Below are positions 11,661-23,185 of a stretch of 64,000 nt of DNA, piece after piece. The notes below the pieces were generated by a model, which searched no databases, was not told where the DNA came from, and was given only the letters and a program-made list of their open reading frames with translations. Each line of letters starts with the position of its first letter. The stretch's first letter is position 1. A program made the translations under genes and the position numbers. This DNA comes from Squalus acanthias (taxonomy: Eukaryota): positions 26,662,001-26,726,000 of the forward strand of contig CM059432.1 of NCBI GenBank assembly GCA_030390025.1, given 5' to 3'.

Positions 11661-12200
11661 GACACCCCGATTCAGTGCAGCCCCCAGAGTCTCTTCTAAA
11701 TCGCTGCAATGAAGGTCAAATCAAAATGAACCTGCAAAGAGCTGCTCAGTAGCCAAAACTCCTTCACACAGCGTTGAATCTCTCCAGAAGTCTCTCTCCT
11801 TCTCAGAATGCGTGGTGCAAAAATGTCGCCGACAAAAAAGGCAGGAAGCGGCCGCCTTTAAATAGCGCTCCCCCAGCCCCTTCCTGACTGCAAAACGTTT
11901 CTCTCTACCTGTCGTTGCTAGCGGCAGGTGGAAAGGCAGGGGGCGCGACTCAATATCCGGTCCGGCAGAATCGGAGGCAGCAGAGACGTAGAGAAAGAGT
12001 GGCAAACATGGCCAGAGGGAGGAGGGCCAACAGGCCTCTGCACAGGAGACCTTACCCTCCGAGGGTATTCAGGGAGCAGTTCTCATGCCTTCATTTGTCT
12101 GAGGAGCAGTGTTTGCGCAGGCTGCGCTTCAGCAAGGAGGTGGTCACTGAACTCTGCCACCTGCTGCAACCAGATCTGCAGCCTCTACTGAGGACCAGGA
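11414..12200. repeat. 236-bp inverted duplication (11414-11649 / 11965-12200) inside the Harbinger
   Basis: Arms near identical; both encode MARGRRANRPLHRRPYPPRVFREQ... on opposite strands. Confidence 0.93.
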
Positions 12201-12647
12201 AGTAACGATCTGCGGGCGCAGGAGATCGTTGCGGTAGTGTTTAACGCCGCCACAAAATGCCTGGTCAATTTCGTGAGCGCCACAAACATCGCCGCGATTG
12301 GGCGCTAACTTACTAGCGCCCCGTTAGCGCCCCCTATGATTCTATGGTTCGAACATCATTCATTGCATTTTTCTATACTTCTATTTTATGTTTCTCCACA
12401 TAAAACTGGGGTGCTAAAACTGAAGTTAGCGATCGCCACCGCTATTTTTCGCCGAGCGCTAAATTTAGCGCCTAGATAATATTAGCGACCCAAAATGGTT
12501 GCTAACGAATTTCTCCCCCTCAGTTTAAGAGTGTAGCATTTACACTCCAGTCCTTTGATACACTGCCCTTTTCTGAACTATTCACTAAACAAGATAACAA
12601 ATGTGCTGTTCAATTTTGACAGTATATGCACTGTTTTAAGATAAGTG

Positions 12648-12782
12648 GCAGTGTTCTCTGACTATATATGCTGTGCCTATATACATCTCTTCACTTCACC
12701 TGATGAAGGAGCAGCGCTCCGATAGCTTGTGATTTCAAATAAAACTGTTGGACTATAACCTGGTGTTGTGCGACTTCTCACA
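12648..12782 (+). mobile_element. Penelope-like 3' terminal fragment with mutated hammerhead (12696-12732, GATA for GAAA)
   Basis: Matches the PLE end; TSD TTAAGATAAGTG at 12636-12647 and 12783-12794. Confidence 0.88.
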
Positions 12783-13050
12783 TTAAGATAAGTGAGACAA
12801 GTGCTAGACAATTTAAAGAGACTAAAGACAAATAAATCCCAAGGGTGTGAGGGCATAGCCAGGAGTGTTGAGTGAGACCAGAAAGTGAGTACCAGCAAAA
12901 GTAATGGAAGCCATTCTAAGCAATAGGTTGGAGGACTACCTAAATAGAAAAGACCTGATAAGAAATAGTCAACATGGGTTTAGAGGTGGAAGTTCAGTAC
13001 AGGTAAAGTAAATAGTGGTATACCTTTAATGTAGGAGAAATTTCCTCCAG

Positions 13051-13600
13051 TTAAATATTGGGAAGACGGATGCCATGGTCTTTGGTCCCCGCCACAGACT
13101 CCATTCCCTGACCACCTACTCCATTCCTCTCCCTGGCAACTGTCTGAGGCTGAACCAGACTGTTCGCAACCTTGGTGTCATATTTGACCCCGAGATGAGC
13201 CTGAAAACCTACCTCTTTGACCAAGCTTTTGATCATCTGCCCCAATATCTCCTTATGTGGCTCGGTATCAAATTTTGTTTTATAACGCTCCTGTGAAGTG
13301 CCTTGGGGCGTTTTAGTGTGTTAAAGACGCGATTGTGGCGGATCGCCACCTAAACGGGCATTATCCACTTTTCCGTCCGTGGACAATATATCGATGCACC
13401 TTCCCTTTAAGGCACCTTACCTTTAAGGCAGGAGTGGGCGGGGCCTCAGGATTTTTCCAGAGAATTCTGGGAGTAGTCTGTTCAGCCATTTTGTACCATG
13501 CAGTTGGATTAAAGAAGTCTCTTGTTTTCCCACACATGGATTCAGCCTTAATTCGTGTTTTGCGGTATCCTCAACACGATATAAATACAAGTTGTTGTTT
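13051..13600 (+). mobile_element. L2 LINE, internally deleted, tail interrupted by a solo LTR
   Basis: LNIGK...VRNLGVIFDPEMS joined to an L2 3' UTR ending ATAAATACAAGTTGTTG. Confidence 0.85.
13334..13576 (+). mobile_element. Short solo LTR (243 bp), probably Gypsy-type
   Basis: TGT...ACA termini; TSD CGAT at 13330-13333 and 13577-13580; ATTAAA near 13508; removal restores the L2 tail. Confidence 0.8.
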
Positions 13601-13808
13601 ACTTGCACTTTCAGAAAGCCTTTAATGAGGTTCTGTACAAAAGATTTCTAATTAAGCTAACATCCATGGAAAGCCTTGATAATACAATGTGGGACAGGAT
13701 TAAAAGTTAGTTGAAGGATAGTAAGCAGAAAACAATAATGAGAGGTTTTTAATCGGACTGGGATAGGTGGTATGTGGAGCACTGCAGAGCTCAGTTTTAG
13801 GCCCACTC

Positions 13809-14531
13809 GGGGCGATTTTAAGCCACCCCGCCTGGCGGGAATGAACCAGGTGCAGTGTTAAAATTGTTTCCGATTACTTACAGTAACCCGAACCCTAAAC
13901 CTAAACCTAAACCTATCCCTTCCTGGTGCTTTCCCGCGCGTCTCCATTCCCAGAAACAAGATCATAAGGTTCCCAGATAGCTGACATGACATTTTTATCC
14001 TATGACACTCAAATATCCTCCCAATAGTCGACCCTTCCAGGAACGTGACAGGATGGCTGCTGGGAAACAAGTAATACCCCCAACATACATGGTTCATGAC
14101 AGCCCTGTGCACTTCCACCACGCCTGAAAAATGCAGGTATAATCAGAGCCACGGCACCAGCAGGATCAAAATTGAGCACACAAACAAAGGTTTAGGTGTC
14201 TTTAGGTGACCTCGCCATACAGAGAGGCCTGCATTTTATTACGGATTATTTTGCTTGTTGGAAAGGAAAGTGGATGTGTGTAGGGCTTGTGCAGATAGTA
14301 TTTTCCTCCTTGCTCTGACCTCCTCCACCAGGGCATCAGAAAACCTGGGAGAAGTCCTCTAACTCGTAACTGCTTTGAGAATTGTGTCTACAGTGTTGTC
14401 GGTTTAAACGGGCCTCATGTGGCCCATGGGAAATTGTGCCACGAAAATGGGTGCACTACCCCTATCCTGAGGCTATCAGGTGGACAGCCTGTAAGTATTA
14501 CATAAATGAGGCCCAGGAGTTAAAATCGCCC
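13809..14531. mobile_element. Probable Harbinger-type non-autonomous element (right boundary uncertain)
   Basis: GGGCGATTTTAA ... TTAAAATCGCCC inverted termini. Confidence 0.5.
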
Positions 14532-14959
14532 AGGTCTCACGCTGGCAGCGCCGAGCCGTTTGTCACTCGCCCCACCCGCCCGATTCCCACTCCAGATAGA
14601 AATCTGTTTTTATTGTTATGACTTGGATCCTGGGACCGATTGCAAGATGTCAACTTTGTAGTTGGCGCTGGAAACCAAGGAGCCCACTAACGATTTGCAG
14701 AAGGATTTTGAATCTATTATATAGCTGCGCAGACAGATGTTCGTTGAAATTTAACGCTGATAACACAGAATGTTGCACATAAGATGAAACAATGTGTGAC
14801 AAATTAATGGAATATAATTAGCTCAGGCTGACTCAGAAAGGGATCTGGGAGAAAAGGAAAAGCAGTTAGGGGATGGACTGCAATTAATTATCAAATGGCT
14901 TAGATAAGGCAAGCTCAAGACATTCCCAGCATTGATTAAAGTACATTATAGAATCATAA

Positions 14960-15425
14960 AGAAAGACTTGCATTTATATAGCGCCTTTCACGACCACTGG
15001 ATGTCTTAAAGCGCTTTACAGCCAATTAAGTACTTTTGGAGTGTAGTCATTGTTGTATTGTGGGAAATGCGGCAGCCAATTTGCACACAGCAAGCTCCCA
15101 CAAACAGCAATGTGAAAATGACCAGATAATCTGTTTTAGTGATGTTGATTGAGGGATACATATTGGCCAGGACACCGGGGATAACTCCCCTGCTCTTCTT
15201 CGAAATAGTGCCATGGGATCTTTTACGTCCACCTGAGAGAGCAGACGGGGCCTTGGTTTAACGTCTCATCCAAAAGACGGCATCTCCGACAGTGCAGCAC
15301 TCCCTCAGCACTGCACTGGAGTGTCAGCCTAGCTTTTTGTGCTCAAGTCCCTGGAGTGGGATTTAAACCCACAACCTTCTGACTCAGAGGTGAGTGTGCT
15401 ACCCACTGAGCCACAGCTGACACTG
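14960..15425 (-). mobile_element. tRNA-derived DeuSINE-like element (SacSINE1-like)
   Basis: A box TGGCTCAGTGG, B-box-like GGTTTAAATCC, core GATGAGACGTTAAACC...AAAGATCCCATGGCAC...CCCCGGTGTCCTGGCCAA recalled as the Deu domain; L2-type tail; TSD TAAAG/TAAGG. Confidence 0.85.
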
Positions 15426-16134
15426 TAAGGAGATAGTTTAACTCTGCTCGCCCAGCAGAAACCAGGCGGGCGGGCAGTTAAAATCGGCCCGACGGACTTA
15501 AGTGCTTGCTCTCTTCCCGCAGTCTTTGATTTTCTTCTTGTCACTGTCAATATCTAGACAGTGTGGTGAGGTGAATACAAAGGCAAACAAGTACAGCTAG
15601 AACATTGGAATACAAATTATACTAAGGTTAAGCTCAGGCTGTACAATACATTGGTTGGGCCCCCCTTGCAGTACTATATACAGTCCCGCCTCCACAAAGG
15701 GAGTGTGCAAGCATTGAGAAGGGTACAGAGAGGAGCAACAAGAATAATTCCAACTGTAAGGAAGGGAATGACACATAAGGAAAATCTCAATCTATACAGG
15801 GAAAAGCAGTTAGGGGATGGACTGCAATGAACTATCAAATGGCTGAAATAATGTAAGCACAGGACACTCCCAGCATTGATTAAAGTACATTATAGAATCA
15901 TAAGGAGGTAGTTTAACTTTGCTCACCCAGCTGAAACCAGGCGGGCGGGCGGGCAGTTAAAATCGACCCGAAGGATTTAACTGCTTGCTCTCTTCCCGCT
16001 GTCTTTGATTTTCTTCTTCACCATTTTTGCTGGACAATACTTTTCAAAATTACCTTCGAGACCAGAGGTTTGCAGATAACAAAACATGAATAACTTTATT
16101 TACAGGCAAATAGTAAAGCAAAGTACAATATATG

Positions 16135-16370
16135 TATAATGTCCTTGAGAGAAGGGAACCTGCCCTCCTAACCCAGTCCCACACTAATGTGGTTGACTCT
16201 TAACTGCCCTCTGAAGTAGCCTAACAAGCCACTCAGTTATATCAAAGTGCTACCAAGAATACCACACAGACTGCAAGGTTCAAGAAGAAGGCCCATCATC
16301 ACCTGCTCAAGGTAAGTATGGTCAATAAATGCCAATGAAGACCACATTCTGAGAGAGAATAATAAACAAA
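16135..16370 (+). mobile_element. MetaSINE-like / bipartite short derivative of the LINE at 45103-48365 (head missing)
   Basis: Core ATGTGGTTGACTCTTAACTGCCCTCTGAA...GCCACTCAGTT joined to that LINE's 3' end (GGTTCAAGAAG...CAATAAATGC). Confidence 0.75.
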
Positions 16371-16377
16371 ACTTTAA

Positions 16378-17090
16378 GGGGGTAAAATTGGCTCACGCCC
16401 CCTTTGGGGTGCTAACTTAGCTGGGGCACTACTTTTAGCGCAACAAAAAAGTTAGCGCCCCCGTGCCAGAAATTCAATGGCAGCGCCCCAAGCAAGAGGC
16501 GGGACACTACTGGAAGCGCCCCCCCTCCCTCTTTGGGCGCTCCCAATGAATATCGCAGCACTACGTGCAGCAGCGCACGCGCGCCGACATGTAGCACCGC
16601 AGTACTGCAGGCCTCCCTCCCCTGATTAAAGGGGAGGGGCCTAGCGCAGTGCAAACTGGGGCCCTGCTGGACCACCGGGGAGTGGGGTGCCGGCAAAAGA
16701 GCCCGGCACTCAAGAGGAGTGCCGGGCTGACAGATCGCGGCTAGCACCCCGCAGGAGGAGACCAGAGGGGGCAGGTGTTGGCAGGCGGCCCCAAAAAAAA
16801 ATGGCCGCCCGGCACCTGCCCTTTAATTATCATCACCCCGGCCGCAAAAACGCCTCCCTGACCCTGTCGGACATAGCGTCTGGCGGTAGGTCAGGGGGCG
16901 CGAGCCAAGTTTGCGGCCGGGGCGCTAGTGGGATGCTGTGCATGGTGATGACATCATCAGCGGAGGCGCAGCGCCGCGGGGCGCTACCAGCTACTGCCGC
17001 CGCTACCCTCCCGCTGAATTTCGCGGGAGGTGTTAGCGGCGCCGCGCCCAGGCGCTAACGAGAGGCGCAAAGCAACACAATTTTTCCCCC
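16378..17090. mobile_element. Harbinger-type MITE
   Basis: GGGGGTAAAATTG / CAATTTTTCCCCC termini; TSD TAA; GGGGCGCTAA-type subterminal motifs. Confidence 0.88.
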
Positions 17091-17247
17091 TAAAAGTTCA
17101 TAATGGGTCACCCTTTGTATGTATGGTCTCTGATTCAGTTGGTGTCACTGTCTATTTGTTCTTAATATTCTGCTGTGAATTTCATCTGTTTCTGAGTAAT
17201 CCCACTGGACTACTAGGTTTTGGAACTCCCTGCTGCTTTGATAATCC

Positions 17248-19347
17248 AACAAAAAACTCGCGACCTAAAGGACAGATGGTGGGTGGAGAAAGCGCAGGAG
17301 ATCCAGCAGCTAGCCGACAACCACGACGTGCGTGGATTCTTTAGCGCAGTCAAGACCATCTATGGCCCAAGTACCCAAGGTCCTACCCCACTGCGGGCCA
17401 AGAACGGAGAGGTACTCTTCAAGACAGAGAGGCAGTCAGTGCCCGCTGGAAGGAGCACTTCGAAGATCTCCTTAACCGAGACTCTGTCTTCGACGCGAGT
17501 GTGCTCAACTCCATCCCGCACCACCATCTCAGCACAACCCCAGCCCGGCATGAGGTTGAAAAGGCCATCCGACAACTGAAGAACAACAAGGCCTTGGGAG
17601 CAGATGGAATCCCTGCCAAGGCACTAAAGCATGGCGGAGAAGCACTACTGGTGCGAATTCATGAACTCATTTTTCTTATCTTGAAGGAGGAGAGCATGCC
17701 AGGGGATCTCAGAGACGCCGTAATTGTAACCATCTTCAAGAAAGGTGACAAGTCCGATTGCGGTAATTACAGAGGAGTTTCCCCGCCTTCTGACACAGGG
17801 AAAGTCATCGCAAGAATCCTCCTCAATCGCCTTCTCCCAGTGTTCGAAGAGCTCCTCCCAGAGTCGCAATGCGGATTCCGCCCACTAAGGGGCACAATGG
17901 ACATGATCTTCACTGCACGTCAATTACAAGAGAAATGCAGGGAACAGCACCAACCGCTGTACATGGCCTTCTTTCATCTCACAAAGGCCTTCGACACTGT
18001 CAACTGTGAGGGATTATGGAGTGTCCTCCTCAAATTCGGCTGCCCGCAAATGTTTGTCACCATCCTCCGCCTGCTTCACGATGACATGCAAGCCGTGATC
18101 CTGACCAACGGTTCCACCACAGACCCAATTCACGTATGGACTGGGGTCAAGCAAGGCTGTGTCATCGCACCAACGCTCTTCTCGATCTTCCTTGCTGCAA
18201 TGCTCCATCTCACCCTCAGTAAGCTCCTCGCTGGAGTGGAGCTAATTTACAGAACAACGGAAAACTGTTCAACCTCCGTCGCCTCCAGTCCAGATCCAAG
18301 GTCGTCCCATCCTCTGTCGTCAAATTACAGTATGCAGACGACGCTTGCATCTGCGCTTACTCGGAGGTCGAACTCCAAACCATCATCAACACCTTCACCG
18401 AAGCGTACAAGAGCATGGGCCTTACACGAAACATCCGTAAGACAAAGGTCCTCTACCAACCTGCCCCTGCCACACAGTACTGCCCCCCGATTATCAAAAT
18501 CCACGACAAGGCCTTGGACAACGTGGACCACTTTCCATACCTCGGGAGCCTACTGTCAACAAGGGCAGATGTCGATGATGAAGTCAAACACCGCCTTCAG
18601 TGTGCCAGTGCAGCCTTCAGTCGCCTGAGGAAGAGAGTGTTTGAAGACCAGGACCTCAAACCCGGCACTAAGCTCATGGTCTACAGAGCAGCAGTGATAC
18701 CCGCCCTGCTGTATGCCTCAGAGACATGGACCATGTACAGCAGTCACCTCAAAGCACTGGAGAGGTACCACCAATGTTGCCTCCGCAAGATCCTGCAAAT
18801 CCATTGGCAGGATAGGCGCACCAACGTCAGTGTTCTCGCTCAGGCCAACATCCCCAGCATCGAAGCTTTGCCCATGCTCGATCAGCTCCGATGGATGGGT
18901 CACATCGTCCGCATGCCCGATATGAGACTCCCAAAACAAGCGCTCTACTCGGAGCTCCGACACGACAAGAGAGCCCCAGGTGGGCAGAGGAAACGCTTCA
19001 AGGACACCCTCAAAACTTCCTTGAAAAAGTGAAACATCCCCACTGACACCTGGGAATCCCTGGCCCAAGACTGCACAAAGTGGAGGAGAAGCACTCCACT
19101 TTGTTTGGAGGAAGGCGCCGAACACCTCGAGTCTCTTCGCCGGGAGCAAGCGGAAGCCAAGCGCAAGCAGCGCAAGGAGCGCTCGTCAACCCAAGCACCC
19201 CACCCACCTGCCCCTTCAACCACCGTCTGCCCCACCTGTGACAGAGACTGTAGGTCCCGCATTGGACTCATTAGTCACCTGAGAACTAATTTTTAATGTG
19301 GAAGCAAGTCATCCTCGGTTCCGAGGGACTGCCTAAGAAGAAAGAAG
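17248..19347 (+). mobile_element. RTE-clade (BovB-like) LINE, 5'-truncated, frameshifted
   Basis: LPESQCGFRP, TGVKQGCVIAPTLF, LQYADD, QLRWMGHIVRM, GGQRKRFKD, C-terminal CPTC..GLISH finger; (AAG)n-like tail. Confidence 0.93.
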
Positions 19348-20087
19348 ATGGTTTTTGATTCAGTTGGTGTCACTGTCCATTTGTCCTTAATATTCTGCTG
19401 TGAATTTCACCTGTTTCTGAGTAATTCCACTGTACTACAGTACTAGGTTTTGGAACTCCCTGCTCCCTCATTAATCCTGGTTTTAGTTCCAAGGTGTCAA
19501 AACCAGTATTTCTGGCAAATTTTAGACGTTGACATTCCCAGGTCAAATCGAATCATTTTCAAGTACATTTTTGATTAGCATAGGAGATTACAACAACAAA
19601 CCAAGCAATGCTTTAGTTAGTAATCCAATCAAACAGAGGAGGTCGACTTTACAAAACATAAGTTTTAGGTTACAGGAAGTCAACAGTGATATATATATAT
19701 GTGAAAACGTTGCACATCAGTGTCAAACATACAATTTCTTTTACAACACAAGTATTTAGAAAAAAAGGAAAATCCTTGCTATTTAAGTCATTGAGAATGT
19801 TTGCAGTTTCAATCAACAAACCAATCTGAAGGATCCCTTGAACATTAACGTCAAGGAAACAAACAATACAGAGTTTGTCATATGCAACCTGACATCTCCA
19901 AGCAGGTCATTTTTCAGAACTCCCTGCTGCCTCGATAATCCTGATTTCAGAGTTCAACACAGAAGTGATACTTGTGGGATAATTAAACATGTCAGTCTCA
20001 ATCAGTTTGTATTTGTTCACTCTTTAGCTGACTTTAACTATTCGAATGTTGCATAACAACTTGAGGGTGAAACTTGGTCCACACCAG

Positions 20088-20768
20088 TACAACAACAACA
20101 ACTTGTATTTATATAGCACCTTTAACGTAGTAAAATGCCCCAAGGCTGTTCACAGGAGCATTATCAAACAAAATTTGACACATAAGGAGATATTAGGGCA
20201 GATGACCAAAAGCTTGTTCAAAGAGGTAGGTATTAAGGAGCGTCTTAAAGGAGGAAAGAAAGGTAGAGAGGCAGCTAGGTTTAGGGAGGGAATTCCAGAG
20301 CTTAGGGCCTGGCAGATGAAAGCACGGCTGTCAATGGTAGAGCGATTAAAATCGGGGATGCACAAAAGCCCAGAATTGAAGGAGCGCAGATATCTCGGCG
20401 GGTAGTAGAGCTGGAGGAGATTATAGAGACAAGGTGGGGCGAGGCCATGGAGGGATTTTCTAACAAGGATATGAATTTTAAAATCAAGGCATTGCTTAAC
20501 TGGGAGCCAATGTATGTCAGCGAGCACAGGGGTGATGGGTGAACGAGACTTGGTGCGAGTTAGGATACGGGCAGCAGAGATTTGGATGACCTTAAGTTTA
20601 TGGAGTGTGGAAGATCGGAGGTCGGCCAGGAGTGTGTTGGAATAGTCAACTCTAGAAATAACAAAGGCATGGATGAGGGTTTCAGCAGCGAATAAGCTGA
20701 GGCAGGGGCAGAGTTGGGCGATGTTACGGAGGTGGAAATAGGCCGTCTTAGTGATGGCACGGATATGT
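20088..20768 (-). mobile_element. L2 LINE 3' part
   Basis: ORF 20150-20833: AETLIHAFVISRVDYSN, ITPVLADIHWLPV; (TTG)n tail. Confidence 0.92.
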
Positions 20769-20979
20769 AACATGAAATTTGCTTGTTGCGAATCGACAAC
20801 CTGTTTTACACTGTGCCCGATTTTCTTTTCCACTCCGTGCTACTGCCGTAGACCAATTTCACCTCCTTGTGGCCATGTGAAGATAAAACTTGAATTTATA
20901 TTTTTCTTTCTTTTTGAAGTTGTTTCTTCTCCAAGGTAAAATATGTAAATACTGGGGAATGAAACACTTGCAGGCACCC

Positions 20980-21330
20980 AGTGTCAGCATCAAGCACTCA
21001 AGGTCGGGTATAACACAGCTATAAGCAGATCAATGCTTTCTCTACCCTACCCTAATAATGTGTGGAAATTTACAAAACCACAAATTCAGAAGATCACTCC
21101 ATACTGTACCAGTGTGGAGTATTTTCCACAGCAACCATTCTTAGGACTATCTGAGTGACATTGCCAATTAGGGGCTAGTTGATTGTGTAGGCTCATGCCC
21201 ACTAGGATTTAGATTGACACTGCCCAAACTCATTTCACATTGGATCCTTATATCCAGCAGACAGAAGAGACTTCCATTCCATCAGTTTAGGTCAGGTATG
21301 AATCCAAGTCCTAGAGGTGAAAGGCCACCC
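20980..21330 (-). mobile_element. LF-SINE-like ancient tRNA SINE relic
   Basis: Minus strand GCCTTTCACCTCTAGG...ATGTGAAATGAGTT...TCCTAGTGGGCA...CTAATTGGCA matches the LF-SINE consensus as recalled. Confidence 0.65.
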
Positions 21331-21334
21331 AGTT

Positions 21335-21778
21335 TTTTTTATTTGCATTTACATTGTGCCTTATTGCATTGAAATCTTTCAACACACTATACACAATGAA
21401 TTGCTTATGATTAGTTGCTATATAGGCAAATGCAGCAGCAAATTTGTACCTCAAAGCTTTATGAATGTTCTTTGAGAAGAAAAGTTAATTTGTCTTTAGC
21501 GGTGTTGGTTGAGGTAAGAATGTTAGCAAGGACAGCAGGAGAACTCCTTAATCTTCTTCAAATAATGCCAAGGGATCTTTAACATCTACCCAAACCATCA
21601 GACAGAGCCTCAGTTTAACATTCCAACCAAAGGTTGGCATTTCTAACAATGTAGCACTCCGTACATACTGCGTTGGAGCGTCATAATCGATCATGAGCTC
21701 AACCATCTGGCAAAAGGCTCAAAGCCACAACCTTGCAATCCAGAGATGAGAGGGCTACCCCTGAGCTAATCTGGCACA
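21335..21778 (-). mobile_element. Degenerate DeuSINE-like copy
   Basis: Colinear, diverged match to 14960-15425. Confidence 0.7.
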
Positions 21779-22249
21779 CACCAATAACATAATACACAAA
21801 TGGTATGTAAGATACAGAACCTTGGTCAAAGTATGATGAACTAGCTTTATGGTTAATGGAAAGAATAGAGACTGTGAGGTGCTAAATCGACAATTGTGTC
21901 AGCTAACCACAATGAAACAGTTAACCACAGACATTGTCTGCTGCTCACCTCAGGGAGAAAAAATAAAGCAGAAAAGGTCACAGCTTTGGAACTTGGCAGA
22001 TCAACAGATCAGCAGAACTAAACGAGAGGAAGAAAATAACTCCTTATATGACAGTAGAAAGCCTTAAAGGAAGACAAAGAATATTACCTGACAGATTACT
22101 ATTTGGGCTCACTTCAAACTGTATAAAGGAGGACGAACTGTGTTATTGGCAAGAGAGGCAAAGGCATCTCACTGGAGTTACCATTGAACTTGTTGAGTTC
22201 TATATGCAAGAACAAGAAGACAAGGAAGAATCACTTCAGTAGACATTCC

Positions 22250-23185
22250 GGGGTCTAAATTAGATAACCCCCAAAAACGGGTGCGGGGATCACGATGCAC
22301 AATTAACCCATGCCCGTTGATTGAAATGTAGGCAACACGCCAATTTCGTGCGTAACTTGCTAGCCTGCACTGCTTGAAGCTAGCCTGCACCTCTTAAAGG
22401 GGAGGTGCATTGTGGCTGGAGCAGGTGCTGACAGTCATGCAGGAAATGAATCTGACCTGGGAAACTGGCACAACATGGGAGAGAGTGAGCTCCAAGGATT
22501 TTGGACGCTGCACTGGAAGCCTTGGTGGAGGAGTTGGAAATTAGGAGAGCTGTCTTGTATCTGCAGGAGGACCAGGGGGCACTCCAGACACATGCTCAAA
22601 AGGCAGTGGGAGCAGATAGCAGTGTAGGTCAATGCCAGGAGTCATGGTCCGAGGACTTGGATGGAGTGCTGCAAGAAATTGAATGCAGTGAATGCATCTT
22701 CAAATGCCATATCCTACCAACTGCATCAGTAGCCTCAGTCACTGCTCAATTCACCACACCCCCACCACTCACACACCAACAATCTCTATCAATCAGGACT
22801 AATACCTAACATTCTTAGTTTTACCTCACCCTCAAACACATAGCACTGCTGCAAGCCTCACATCCACACTTCACAGCTTGCACACACTGGCAGCTATTCA
22901 ACTGTGACAGCCACATCACCCAACCAGATTGCACAACACTCACTGACACACTTCCCTCTCTCTTGCAGGAGAAGGTGGCGCACAACTGGAAGCAGCAGGA
23001 CCCAGCCATGATCCAGCATCTAATGGACAATGTCTCAGCTTCCATTGCAGCACAAGCAGCAGCCATCCAACGTCCACCGCAATTCACCCCAGAAGTATGC
23101 ACTCGTGCCACGGACACAACTTTGGAGCTCTAAGGGCACTCATAGCGCCCAAAAAACGGGTGCTAACAATCCCAATTTTGCACCC
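22250..23185 (+). mobile_element. Internally deleted Harbinger with Myb exon remnants
   Basis: GGGGTCTAAATT / AATTTTGCACCC termini, TCC flanks; DAALEALVEELEIRRAVLY exon 1 remnant and acceptor CTCTTGCAG|GAGAAG near 22968. Confidence 0.75.

Larger units (their letters stand above)
6292..12519. mobile_element. PIF/Harbinger DNA transposon, full architecture, defective
   Basis: TIRs GGGGAAGAAATTCG / CGAATTTCTCCCCC, flanks TCT/TCA; Myb/SANT gene (+) convergent with DDE transposase (-). Confidence 0.92.
12795..15900 (+). mobile_element. Old CR1 RT remnants fragmented by later insertions
   Basis: Pieces resembling NKSQG, SQHGF, FQKAFNEV and LRRVQRGAT at ~12800-12990, 13605-13800, 14700-14855, 15545-15860. 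Confidence 0.6.

Noticed and set aside
13885..13920. Telomere-like AACCCT/AAACCT repeats
   Set aside because: Only a few imperfect units inside a probable MITE.
21849..22242. Short purine-rich ORFs as host exons
   Set aside because: Stops in all frames and no recognisable domain or convincing splice sites.
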